Notes: generated by a model from the letters alone, not told the origin. 63,455 bases of DNA, filler included, from Octopus bimaculoides (GCF_001194135.2; 7 parts of 7 records of this genome joined end to end with filler, not necessarily neighbours in it); one strand, 5' to 3'. Positions 38,675 to 50,836 are shown, counted from the first letter of the whole stretch. Program-made: numbers and translations.

Positions 38675-38820
38675 CACTATATAACTTACACTATATAAGT
38701 TACAAGATCGCAAGTTCCTGGAACTGGGTGTCACGTTATATCGTTAGTCAAGACTTTTCACTGCTACAGAAGTAGAGTGAAATAATAAAATTGAAAATTG
38801 TCTGCGATATTTGTTTTCCT
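38376..38820. mobile_element. Foldback/MITE-like element with ~65-bp inverted arms around a CA-rich core
   Basis: 38397-38440 is the reverse complement of 38756-38799 at 40 of 44 positions; similarity extends outward to about 38376 and 38820. Confidence 0.7.
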
Positions 38821-39029
38821 TCGTATTAATCAGGGCGACTGCGGTTCATTCAGGTTAAAGCCGAGTGTTTTTCTAACTATGCATGCCTTCACTGAATCTG
38901 TCACATTCTACTAGATTATCGTCAATTCCGAGTGATATAGGCTGGTACACTGAGGCACACANNNNNNNNNNACACGCACACACACACATACACACAGACA
39001 CAGACAGACACAGACACAGACACAGGCAC

Positions 39030-39086
<57 letters not shown>

Positions 39087-39641
39087 CAGAGAGTTACACG
39101 CACACAAAAATAGTTTAAATTCTAAAGTGTCTGAAAAACTCCGTAATATATTAGATTGTTGTTACTATTCTTTTGTATACCCAAATCTGCTCTGATTGAA
39201 AAAAAATATATGTCACGCTAGTAGATGGTCTGACGTTAGATATGTTATCCTGATATAACTTTTATCACGTTTCACTTAGTAGTGTACAACAAACTTGGAT
39301 ACCTAGTGAGTGTTGTGTAAAATTCAGGATATGTTGAAATCTCTCCTTTTTCTTGTCTGTATACATGATGTTGAGAGCAGGGGAATGGCAAAGTCGATTT
39401 TATATGCCAAAGTTGTCTGTTGTACTCTCTATTTGATTTAATATATTTTAATGAATTGTCATTTTAATCTAGTCATTCAGCAAAACTTCAGCAAAGACAT
39501 AGATCAAATATAATCAATCATATAAGGAGTATATTACAAATTCAAAAATCCAATTAAATATTCCTAAAGCAAGTATGTGTACAATATAGCGTAACATTTA
39601 CAAGTTTATGCAGTTTTATATTCAAGAGATAAGGAATTATG

Positions 39642-39857
39642 TACATTGTTTACATTGTTTACAATTTACGGATATTTATCCTCATCTTGTTTGTTGTTAA
39701 CACAACGTTTCGGCTGATATATACTCCAGCCTTCACAAGGTGTCTTGGGGAAATTTCGAACCTGGGTTCTCATTCGTAACGTATTTTTCGATATGGCGTA
39801 GTGGTTAAGAGTGCGGGCTACTAACCCCAAGATTCCGAGTTCAATTCCAGGCAGTGA

Positions 39858-39899
<42 letters not shown>

Positions 39900-40087
39900 C
39901 AACAACAACAATAATAATAATAATAATAATAATGACGACATCGAAATATACCTTAGGAAAGAGAACCCAGGTTCGAAATTTCCACCAAGACACCTAATGA
40001 AGGCTGGAGAGTATATCAGCCGAAACGTTGTGTTAACAACAAACAAGATACGAACAAATATCCGTCAATTGTAAATAATGTAAATAA
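39642..40087 (+). mobile_element. Composite element: inverted tail + tRNA-like Pol III head + (AAT)n + hammerhead-bearing tail
   Basis: Arms 39642-39792 and 39940-40087 are ~150-bp inverted repeats. The head at 39794-39859 has A box TGGCGTAGTGG and B box GAGTTCAATTCC. Confidence 0.85.
39989..40034 (+). ncRNA. Minimal hammerhead ribozyme motif with a mutated core (CUAAUGA)
   Basis: GACAC-CTAATGA-A-GGCTG..CAGCC-GAA-ACGT-T|GTGTT; stems I and II pair and stem III is palindromic. The inverted copy at 39699-39744 (minus) has core CTTGTGA. Confidence 0.7.
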
Positions 40088-40396
40088 TTTACAAGTTTAG
40101 TTTGCAATTTAAGGGAGTATTACATTATATTTGGGTTTGTTGAAAATAGATGAAGAGTAGAATAATGTTCAGAAAATCCGAGATGAAATCATCTTTACTA
40201 CAATCATGTGTACGTCATTTGGTCGGTGTTGCAATTTTGTCCTTCTAGACTTTGACCGAACGCTTTTCTTTTTATGAAGACAAAGCACCACCGTCTTTTC
40301 GCACGCAAAAACCATATACAGAAACAAAATCTACCTATCTATTTAAAATGTACTCGCCGTGAAGCTCATATGGAAGGCCATCCAGTTTCAGTCATC

Positions 40397-41626
40397 TACG
40401 ACGGGGTGTTGCAAAGTTCCTGACTTCGGGTAAAAGAAAATACAAGAGGCTCAGTTATGATTTTATTCAACATATTCTCTTCTCAAATTCACACACTTAT
40501 TGCAGGGGTCCTTCAATTTTTCTAAGCTCTGTAAAAGTAACTCGGAAGATTGAGACCCCAGCCAGGCTTCTGTAGCAGCGCTCACTCCTGAATCGGAGTG
40601 AAATTTCCTTCCCTTGTGATGTTTCTTCAGTTGTGGAAAGAGGTGATGGTCGGAAGGGATCAAACCAGGAGAGTAAGGTGAGTGGTCTACCAACTAGAAG
40701 CCAAATTCGCGTATTTTCCGTAGAGTTCCATGTGCTGTGTGTGTTCAGCCCTTCATGGCTCAGCTTTCAATGGTGTTATTGTTTCAAAGCTTCACGCAGT
40801 TCGCCTAACAGAGACATGTAATACTCTGCGCTGATGACGCGACTCTCTGGCAGATAGTTTATGAGATGTCCTTCATCTTTGTCCCTTAACACTGAAGCTA
40901 GAAACTTTCCAGCTGATGTCTGGGTCCGAATCCTCTTTGGACGCGGTGAACCGATGTGGCACCACTCCATTGATTGCTGCTTCGTAATGCTGAAGCCAAG
41001 TTTCATCCATAATGACTAAATGAGCCATAAAATCAACCTCACCCGCTGCAAACCAGTCCCAAATCGACTATAATGTCATCATTCTGATGCACTTCTGATC
41101 AGTGTTCAGGCATTCTGACACCCGTTCCGAGGAAAGCTTTCTCATGTCCAGAATGTCGTGAATGATGTCGCCAATTCTTTCGCGGGAAATCCCCAGAGTT
41201 TCAGCTATGACTTTAGTTGAAATCTGGCGGTCCTCGAGAATCATGACGTGCACATTAATCAGCTTTGTCCTCTGTGGTCGTGGAAGTTGACCTTTCTGAC
41301 CGAGGTTCCTCTGTGACCTCTAAATAACCAGTCCGAATCCTTGACATCCAAATTTTCACTGTGCAGTGAGATGGGTAACCATCCTTGAACACTTTCTTCA
41401 TCTCGCCATAAGTTTTCACCGCTCCTTTGCCTTACAAAAAAAGGAACTTCATGACCACCGTGCTTCAATTTTATCGAACTACACAGTAGGAGCTGACATT
41501 ATGCGTTAAATCTGTAAAAAGAGAAAGATATATTGCATACCATCATGATGTTTTGCATATCTTCTTTTAAATAGCTCTACTCTTTTGCGATATCCTTAAA
41601 TCCAGGAACTTTTCAGCACTCTGCTA
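40397..41626 (-). mobile_element. Full-length decayed mariner DNA transposon (DD34D, irritans/mellifera-like)
   Basis: Imperfect ~30-bp TIRs (TACGACGGGGTGTTGCAAAGTTCCTGAC / rc TAGCAGAGTGCTGAAAAGTTCCTGGA) with TA ends. Peptides EDRQISTKVIAETLGISRERI, QQSMEW..SAGK, HSPYSPGLIPSDHHLFPQLKK; frameshifted. Confidence 0.92.
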
Positions 41627-41632
41627 TATATG

Positions 41633-41694
41633 TGAGGTAGTGAGCTGGCAGAAACGTTAGCACGCCGGGCGAAATGCTTAGCGGTATTTCGTCT
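41633..41694 (+). mobile_element. SINE-A head interrupted by an insertion; resumes at 43334-43365
   Basis: GAGCTGGCAGAAACGTTAGCACGCCGGGCGAAATGCTTAGCGGTATTTCGTCT ... GGTATTTCGCCTGTCTTTATGTTCTGAGTTCA. Confidence 0.85.
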
Positions 41695-43333
41695 CTGTGA
41701 TTTTACTGGTCGGACGTGTTATTACTCGCTGCGATTATTTTGAGTATAACGCCACTATTGTTTGGTGGGCGTTGCTGAGATGGAGAAAATGAAGACATAT
41801 GCAGCAGCGACGGGGAGTCGGGCTTCCGTCGTCCCAGGCCTGCCGAAGCAATATGAAATACATTGGAATGAAGACATGGCTGAGAAAATTGAAAAATATA
41901 AAGAANNNNNNNNNNNNNNNNNNNNNNNNNNNNNNNNNNNNNNNNNNNNNNNNNNNNNNNNNNNNNNNNNNNNNNNNNNNNNNNNNNNNNNNNNNNNNNN
42001 NNNNNNNNNNNNNNNNNNNNNNNNNNNNNNNNNNNNNNNNNNNNNNNNNNNNNNNNNNNNNNNNNNNNNNNNNNNNNNNNNNNNNNNNNNNNNNNNNNNN
42101 NNNNNNNNNNNNNNNNNNNNNNNNNNNNNNNNNNNNNNNNNNNNNNNNNNNNNNNNNNNNNNNNNNNNNNNNNNNNNNNNNNNNNNNNNNNNNNNNNNNN
42201 NNNNNNNNNNNNNNNNNNNNNNNNNNNNNNNNNNNNNNNNNNNNNNNNNNNNNNNNNNNNNNNNNNNNNNNNNNNNNNNNNNNNNNNNNNNNNNNNNNNN
42301 NNNNNNNNNNNNNNNNNNNNNNNNNNNNNNNNNNNNNNNNNNNNNNNNNNNNNNNNNNNNNNNNNNNNNNNNNNNNNNNNNNNNNNNNNNNNNNNNNNNN
42401 NNNNNNNNNNNNNNNNNNNNNNNNNNNNNNNNNNNNNNNNNNNNNNNNNNNNNNNNNNNNNNNNNNNNGTCCCGAAATAATGGAAAACAAAGAAATGGAA
42501 ACGCAAGAAGGCGTGATAGAGGAGAGGAAACAGTCACAGGAAGAGGAGCAGAAAGCTGATTTTGAGGAAGCTAAATCAAGGAAGAGAGAAAGGAGGAGCT
42601 CATCGCCGAAAGTCGAACAAGGGAAAAAATGCAAATCACAGGATCAAGTGGGATCACTGAGGAAAGAAGATAATAGCAACAGAACATTACCACAGAACCA
42701 TACAGTCTCACAATCGAACAGACAGACAGATAAACACACAGATATACAGTCACAAAGAAATATAGAAGAACAGACGCATGGTAGTACAGAATCACAAAAA
42801 CAAAAAGGAACAGACATACAGACGCAGGAGGTACATAGGAACGGCATATATTTGATGTCATATCGATACACACAAAAAATAGAGAAGATATCCAAAGTAA
42901 AAGACATTGTCAAAGTGGACCTCTCGGACCGTTGCGATAAGGAGGCGAGATGGACTTTAATAGAAAAGAAAAGTATAAAAAATTAAAAGAAGCTTTCTCG
43001 ACGGATATAAACCCACTGGGGCCCGAGGTGAATTTCGAACCCAGCGCTCCAGTGGTGAACTACGAGGAAATAAAAGATTATATAAAATGGTGAGTAGTTT
43101 TATTTTGGATAAATTATTGAGCTAATTTTGAAAAGAACTATCGAAGACAGTGAAAGGAACTATTAAGAACTGTTGAAATAATTGAAATAACGCGGCCGCC
43201 CCGCGGTGGGGCTGGGGTGGCCGTCCCATCATCATTGTTTAATTTCATTGTTCCATTCTATCATGTGTTAATTGTCCCCGCATGTGTGTATTGTCCCATC
43301 TGTGTCTAGCCCCTTGTGGGTAATAAAGAAATT
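41695..43333 (+). mobile_element. Non-autonomous retroelement encoding only an ORF1-like protein (HAL1/Tx1-like)
   Basis: 12-bp target duplication GGTATTTCG(T/C)CT. ATG at 41780 gives MEKMKTYAAATG.., then a 563-N gap, then a charged low-complexity frame that continues through one A-run frameshift to TAA at 43123-43125. A 3' UTR follows; no RT or endonuclease is visible. Confidence 0.65.
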
Positions 43334-45524
43334 GGTATTTCGCCTGTCTTTATGTTCTGAGTTCANNNNNNNNNNNNNNNNNNNNNNNNNNNNNNNNNNN
43401 NNNNNNNNNNNNNNNNNNNNNNNNNNNNNNNNNNNNNNNNNNNNNNNNNNNNNNNNNNNNNNNNNNNNNNNNNNNNNNNNNNNNNNNNNNNNNNNNNNNN
43501 NNNNNNNNNNNNNNNNNNNNNNNNNNNNNNNNNNNNNNNNNNNNNNNNNNNNNNNNNNNNNNNNNNNNNNNNNNNNNNNNNNNNNNNNNNNNNNNNNNNN
43601 NNNNNNNNNNNNNNNNNNNNNNNNNNNNNNNNNNNNNNNNNNNNNNNNNNNNNNNNNNNNNNNNNNNNNNNNNNNNNNNNNNNNNNNNNNNNNNNNNNNN
43701 NNNNNNNNNNNNNNNNNNNNNNNNNNNNNNNNNNNNNNNNNNNNNNNNNNNNNNNNNNNNNNNNNNNNNNNNNNNNNNNNNNNNNNNNNNNNNNNNNNNN
43801 NNNNNNNNNNNNNNNNNNNNNNNNNNNNNNNNNNNNNNNNNNNNNNNNATATATATATATATATATATCTGTGAGAATATTTCTTTCAATATCCGAATTG
43901 AAATATAGGATTGATAGCCTGGGCAACTTTAAGAGACTGAACAGTCAACAAACATATTGTGATTTCAGCATTTTGTTAAAAGCGTCAAAACGTAATTCAG
44001 ACTCAGTATTAGCATAGCTGCATCAAACGCAATCTATTGAATTCTTAATGTAGTAGGTAAAAACTATGAATAGAAAGGAGGTCAGTAAATTTCCATAGGT
44101 GTCTTACTTAATGTTTACTCTGTTCGTGTGTCAGTGTGGAATGTTTTCTCTAAACAACCAAATACTTCACCTTTCAAACGAATACTGCTATTTTTTTACA
44201 TTTCTGAGATCCGGCTAACCAGTAGTAACGAATTGCTACCCTTGCTGACTGATATCAAGATTGAAAGTAAGCTCCTGCAGAAATCTTGGTTTTGAAAGCT
44301 ATGGGGTAATATTCTAAGACGAATGTTACACTCTACGTAATTTAATTTGTCCTACTCATCGTTTATCTTAAATTGTGTATTGTCCTTGGCCTTTTTTAAT
44401 GTTATGTAAATAACTAACCTGTACATTTAACATATAGACAAATAATTCTTTAATACAGTGTATCTAGAGCTGTCATTAACTATTTGATGCATTTACTTAA
44501 CGTTTTAACGCTGGAATAGTTAAGTTTAACAAAGAATTATTGTAATTACTCGTTTTGAATGAATGTTCACCTACTTGTCTTACTTTCAGCATTTCTATAT
44601 CTAATCATGAACTGGAAGTTATCACTGTTCATAATGATAGCGGAGAGAACGTGTGATAGGTTAACATTGCAATGGAACGTAATTGCTACAGGAACTTTTG
44701 ACATGCCTTTTATAATCATTTATTGTGCTTAGGTTTAGAATTTAGGATGAGAATATAGCCATGTATGTACTGCTGTTGCAGTTAAGGCTATTATTCTTCC
44801 TGCGGATATTAGCATTGAAGTTATTGTTGATGATATTAATTTCATCCCTTTTCAAATAGAAATGTCTGATAACAAAGAATGGAACAGTGTTGGGCTGCCT
44901 TCTATGATGAGTTGTAGGCACATAACATTATGTAGTTTGCTCCATTTAGTGATTACTTGTTTTTCATTTTAATAAGCAATGACTAATCCAATACTAACTT
45001 TATCTGTAGTACAAAATAAACTATAGTTTCATTTAGATAATTCCCGTGTAAAGCATATAAAGAAAAATGCAACAATTTTGATTTACATTGCAATTTTACA
45101 ATCTCTCTCCAGTTTTTCTACATGATTATTTTCCTAAAACTACTTCCACACTTTCAGACTTCGAATTTGCACATTTTTTTTGTTTACTTTAACCTTTGAG
45201 GCATAGCATATTTGGTATGGTAAATTAGAAATTCTTTAGCTCACATGATATAGTTTTCAAAGAATTTCTAAAGATATTTTTCTGCCTGCTACAACACAAG
45301 CGAGGTGGCTATTACGTGACTTGTTCATTTCCAATGAAACGAAATATTGCATCGGTTGACACCTATTGTGTTACTGACATTAGAGTTTTGTCATTACTAC
45401 CGTTGTTAGTCTAGAAAGCAAATCTATAGGACAGACTATCAGAGTTATATCACCGTTATATAAACTTACATATAAACAGCTATCCATCCAATCAATCCAG
45501 ACTTATATAAATGTTTATGTGTGT

Positions 45525-45857
45525 ATCTCTTCCCAACCACACGACTCCGTGTTCAGTCCTACTGCGTGGCACTATGGGCAAAGTTTTGTGAGTGGATTTC
45601 GTAGACGGAAACAGTAATAAGCCTGTAGTATATATATATATACATATATACATACATACATACACCCACACACACATATATAAACATATATATATATATA
45701 CGTGTGTGCGCACGTGTGCATGTGTGAGTGTGCACATTTGTCCCCCACAACCACCACTTGACAACTGGTATTGTAAATTAGCGTTTTTGCAAGAATGACT
45801 GACAGAATTAGTGCAAGGTTTCACAAAAAATAAGTACTGGGATCGATTCATTCAAAA
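45525..45857 (+). mobile_element. SINE family B with an internal deletion and a central TA/CA tract
   Basis: GTTCAGTCCTACTGCGTGGCAC..GTGAGTGGATTTCGTAGACGGAAAC..CTTGACAACTGG. Confidence 0.7.
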
Positions 45858-47014
45858 ATACGCATCCAATTTAGGTTGGATTTCTTAATTAACATTCGTT
45901 ACAAAGATAACTTTTGTTCCCAATTGCTAATGTATATATGTATTTCATTATTCAGTTTTATTTCAAAATTTCTTGCCAATAGAGAAAGAGCCTGTTTCAA
46001 ACCTAGATCCAAGACTCTTTCATTGGAATTTCAACAACATGAACAGGAGATTTTTTATGCATGTATACGTGCAGATTTATATGTTTTGTTTTATGTATGT
46101 CTTCTCATGCATATACTTGCATATCTAGACGTGCTCATATATACTTAAATAATTTGTATAAACCTGAACTTCTAATATAGACTAACTGCAGATTTTCCGA
46201 TAGTTCAGAGTAGGTATTCTTTTTCCACTGATCTTCAGCTTTATGTTAGCATCCGATGGGCAGCTAATTTCCACAGTTGTACACAGTTTCTATTCTCTAA
46301 CCCAAATCATTATATCAGGTCTATTGTATTTACATTTTATTGATGTTTTCACTAGGACATTTCGCCAGTGTGTATGTATGTATGTATGTATGTATGTATA
46401 TATCCGTTAAATGTAATAGAATCAATTAAAAATGCCGGAAAGATTTTCGGCTTCGTCCGATGTGTCTTGGTTTTAGACACAGCCCTTCCATAAGAAATGT
46501 TATCCCTGGATGAATACCGCAGTAAATTGTCTTTTAATGATATATTTATATTAAGTATAATACATAAGTTGCGATTTTATTTTAATATTGCTTCGACTGC
46601 ATATAGCGGATTTTATGAAATATAATACACTCTCTACACTGAGTCGCACAAATCTTATAGCATAATATACATTCGAAAGGGTAAAAAAAAAAGGCAGAAG
46701 GAAAACAAATATCAAAGATATTTTTCAACTTCTCTATTGAAACCATCGCGAAGGAAATATACTTAAAGCTAAAATAAACCACCGAATTATACTTCAAACA
46801 CCACGCCTGACACAGACTTCAACAAAAAAATTGCCTGAAATATATACTACAATATTAGAATAAATACATCAGTAGTAAAATATAAATATACACGACAACA
46901 GATCTTCAACTTTTAGTCGTGCGTAAATTTTCCTATAAAATATGAAGGTTTACACCTAAGAATGAATTGCATTTATTTTACAGAACAATCAGGTGAAAGT
47001 CCTTTTACTATAAT

Positions 47015-47230
<216 letters not shown>

Positions 47231-47234
47231 ACAA

Positions 47235-47410
47235 CAAGAAAGGGTTAGAAACCGAAATCGACAGAAAATTGAATGTGAAGACGAAAGCAATATCGTAGGG
47301 GCATCGGAACTCCAGAATTCGTGAATAAGAAAAATAATAACATCCTGGAGCAACATAAAAATACTATGCAGTCCAGAAAATTGCTTCGCTGTGGACAGCC
47401 TGATAGGATA
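47235..47410 (+). mobile_element. Decayed R4/Dong-type C-terminal fragment
   Basis: EIDRKLNVKTKAI..GASE/TP..QKI..GQP.RI resembles EI.RMW..KT..IP...GALG...QK..LLGTA.ILR. Confidence 0.45.
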
Positions 47411-47494
47411 TGCAACAAAAGTTACAAAACAGCAAAAGCAACAGTAACAACAACAGCAATAACAAACACAGCCCCACGGTATTCGTTTCAAATT

Positions 47495-47722
47495 CTGGCA
47501 GGAGGTAAGTAATTTTAGGAGGAGGGGATAATTTATTACATCGATTCCAGTGTTCCACAGGTAGTTATTCTATCGATTCCGAGAGGATGAAAGGCAAAGT
47601 AAAACTCGGTGGCATTTGAACTTCAAATTTAAAATGTCTGAAGTAATGCCGCTAAGCGTTCTGGCCGGCGTGGTAAGATTCTGCCAGCCAACCGTCTTCA
47701 CGATAACAACAACAACAACACG

Positions 47723-47774
<52 letters not shown>

Positions 47775-47949
47775 GGGTTTCAAATTTTGCCACAAGGGCA
47801 GCCATTTTGAGGGAGTGTTTCACTGGTACTTAATTTAGCGACCGCGAAAGGACGAAAAATGTTAAACTCGGCGAAATTTTAAACTCAGAACGTAGCAACG
47901 GGCAAAATACCGCTAAGCACTTCGTCCAGCGTGCTAACAATTCTGCCAT
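47495..47949 (-). mobile_element. Two SINE-A copies in tandem (47495-47700, 47775-47949) separated by (AAT)n
   Basis: Both show GGATGAAAGGCAAAG-type bodies and ..GCCGCTAAGC..TTCTGCCA heads. Confidence 0.8.
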
Positions 47950-48344
47950 CCAAGCAGATCAGGTGCAAAAGCATAACAGACCGGACCTAGCGGTAGTGAA
48001 CAAGATACACCATATATACTACATAGTTGATGTTGCATGCTCCTTTGGCCCGTGAATAATCAAGAAGGAAGGCGAAAAGTTAGATACATACAACCCTCTT
48101 AAGTGCGAAATAGCCCGGCTTTGGAAAATGCAGTTAGTGCCAGTTATTGTTGAGTCCTTGGAAACAGTATCAAAAGGCACCGAGGAGGATATAAATGAAA
48201 TTGGAATAGAGTGCCCAGTAGAACTGCTACTAAATACTTGCCTCTAGTTGAAAAGAACGGATAGTATGGTCCGTAGGCTGCAGGCAGCCAATCCGCTAGT
48301 CATGTAAGACTTCAGGAGCTCCAAGAAAACCTGTGATAAAGAGA

Positions 48345-48345
<1 letters not shown>
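47950..48345 (+). mobile_element. R4/Dong-clade LINE 3' end with a restriction-like endonuclease domain and an (ATT)n tail
   Basis: HNRPDLAVVNK / YIVDVACSF..KKEGEKLDTYNPLKCEIARLWKMQLVPVIV..L.TVSKG shows the PD-(D/E)xK RLE signature. Confidence 0.85.
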
Positions 48346-48393
<48 letters not shown>

Positions 48394-48395
<2 letters not shown>

Positions 48396-48629
48396 AGTCC
48401 TAACCGAGTACACCTATAGTTTTTTAATAGAAAGTAGCATATTCCCTAATGAGCAAAAGGAATGTAAACGTAGATCTTATGGTTGTAAAGATCAGCTACT
48501 CATCAATAAGATGATCTTAGAAGATTGTCACAAGCGACACAAAAACTTGTCAATAGCCTGGATAGACTATAAAAAGGCCTTTGATAGCCTACCACATAGC
48601 TGGATTAGGAAATGTCTGGAAATGTATAA
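48394..48629 (+). mobile_element. R4/Dong-clade LINE RT fragment, 5'-truncated, cut by a scaffold linker
   Basis: Uninterrupted frame: IFPNEQKECKRRSYGCKDQLLINKMILEDCHKRHKNLSIAWIDYKKAFDSLPHSWIRKCLEMY. Confidence 0.9.
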
Positions 48630-48729
48630 NNNNNNNNNNNNNNNNNNNNNNNNNNNNNNNNNNNNNNNNNNNNTTAATTAATTAANNNNNNNNNNNNNNN
48701 NNNNNNNNNNNNNNNNNNNNNNNNNNNNN

Positions 48730-48912
48730 ATCTATCTGCCCCACCACCATCTCATATCTATCTGCCCCACCACCATCTCATATCTATCTGCCCCACCACC
48801 ATCTCATATCTATCTGCCCCACCACCATCTCATATTTATCTGCCCCACCACCATCTCACATCTATCTGCCCCACCACCATCTCATATCTATCTGCCCCAC
48901 CACCATCACATA
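48730..48912. repeat. 26-bp minisatellite (TCTATCTGCCCCACCACCATCTCATA) x7
   Basis: Seven nearly identical adjacent units with no spacers. Confidence 0.95.
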
Positions 48913-48949
48913 TTTATCTACTCACCACACCACCACCACCACCACTGGT

Positions 48950-49090
48950 GAAAGCATGTGGCTTAGTGGTTAGGGTGTTGTTTGCATGATTGTAAGACCA
49001 TGGTTTCAATTCCTGGACAGGGTTGGTGCATTGCATTTTTCAGCAAAACATTTCATTTCAAGTTACTCCTGTCGTTTCAGCTTTAAATGA
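48950..49090 (+). mobile_element. SINE family C head
   Basis: GTGGCTTAGTGGTTAGG..GGTTTCAATTCC boxes. Confidence 0.65.
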
Positions 49091-49362
49091 CTAACTCTGT
49101 GACAGACTGGAGTTCTGGTTAAAAGATGTTGTGAACCAGGTTGCATGTATATCATGGACCTTATGTGACCTAGAACTCAAGATAGTAATGTCCAGGGGTT
49201 GACAATGATGACCACCACCACTTGCATGCCCAGGCATGTTAAACTCTGAAACCAATGAGGACATTGGCATGAAGTTCCTCACCTAATTCTCCAATACAAC
49301 CTCTTACTCAAATACTATTTACTCACCCTGCCTTCTCTACTGCTACTAATACAATGTCCTTT

Positions 49363-49578
49363 GTGGCGGTGAGCTGGCAGAAACATTAGCATGCCGGGCG
49401 AAATGCTTAGCGGTATTTCGTCTGTCTTTACATTCTGAGTTCAAATTCCACCAAGATTGACTTTGCCTTTCATCCTTTTGAGATCGATAAATTAAATATC
49501 AGTTGCATACTGGTGTCGATCTAATTGACTGGCCCCTTCCCCCAAAATCTCAGGCCTTGTGCTGAGAGTAGAAAATAA
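49363..49578 (+). mobile_element. SINE family A, full length
   Basis: Complete head, body and tail. Confidence 0.88.
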
Positions 49579-50436
49579 TACAATGTCCTTCGTGGCACAG
49601 AGTTAGCTTCTCTCATGCCCCCTCTACAAGACCTGTCTTACTTGTCTCCTTTGTCTCACCTGTTCTCAATACCCATATCCCCTTACTCCTTTACAACTCA
49701 CACTAGCACCAATACTTAGCGGCATAACTAGAGTGTAGGCTGCCCAGAACAACCCTTGAGTTACTTTGCGCTCTTCTCCTTGCTTCCTATACAGGCCTAT
49801 AAAGCAAACCCAAAAATGCTGTCCCCGCAAAAGCAAGTACAACCAGAATGGACCACCACCCCCATCCGTCCCACTTTGCCTCACTACTCAGTACTCAATC
49901 CTTTCTCCCACCAAAACTCACCCTGCTGCAATTCTTTTCCTGCTCATATCTTAATGGCATTTGTCATCTTGAAGTCGTTCAAACATTTCAACAGCTTTGA
50001 AGTTACCAGCCCAAACCATATTTTCTAAAAATATTTTTTAAGGCCCAGAGAACTTTCATATATTGTGAGGAAATTTCAGTTGAAACAGATGAAATGTTTG
50101 ATTTAAGTTTTAGATTTAGAAACAAAATCTGACAAATTAGTTTGCATTTAGTCCAAAATGGCATACATACCTTAGAATGGGAAGAGTAAAAATGTCTTAC
50201 CTGGAAAAAGAAAAACAGAAATGTTAGGACAATTGTAAATATATTTTCATATCTTGGTTTCAAATTTTGGCACAAGACCAGTAAGTCTGGGGGAAGGGGT
50301 AAGTCAATTACATCCCCTCCCCTGTGATATATATCGAGATATTGCAAAAATATTTAGATGCAGTCCTGTTTTTGACAGAGAACAGGTTAAGTTTGAGTAA
50401 TGAAATTTTTGGCTCAATATCACAGATACTAAATGT

Positions 50437-50664
50437 TTACTCCTTTAGCATTCAGATTATTCTGTTAAATGTAATGCTTATTTATATACATTGCTTGGAA
50501 TTAATCATACATTATCTTGTAGCTTTGAAATTTTGATGACTTGACTATTTATTTTTAGAACGGTGTTGTAGGTTAAGTATGAGAGGCATGATATAGCCAG
50601 TTTGAACCTAAAACAGGTAGACTATTTTGGTCAGATATGGCCGGTTTAATTGCTAAAGGTTTAA
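50437..50664. mobile_element. Probable piggyBac-type MITE (TTAA ends, CCTTTAGCA TIR)
   Basis: TTACTCCTTTAGCATT ... AATTGCTAAAGGTTTAA imperfect inverted ends. Confidence 0.45.
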
Positions 50665-50667
50665 GTG

Positions 50668-50836
50668 AAGTTTATGTCCCTGTAACCTAGCAGTTTGGCA
50701 AAAGAGACCAATAGAATAAGTACTAGGCTTACAAAGAATAAGTCCTAGGGTCGATTTGTTTGACTGTAAGCGGTGCTCCTGTATGGCCACAGTCAAATGA
50801 GTGAAACAAATAAAGGAATAAAAGAATAAAAGAATA
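50668..50836 (+). mobile_element. SINE family B 3' half
   Basis: GTAACCTAGCAGTTTGGCAAAAGAGACC..TAAGTACTAGGCTTACAAAGAATAAG..(AAAGAAT)n. Confidence 0.85.

Noticed and set aside
39794-39859. Functional tRNA gene
   Set aside because: A and B boxes and an anticodon-like arm are present, but the acceptor stem does not close; interpreted as a SINE head.
48730-48912. 26-bp repeats as a CRISPR array
   Set aside because: The units are directly adjacent with no spacers.
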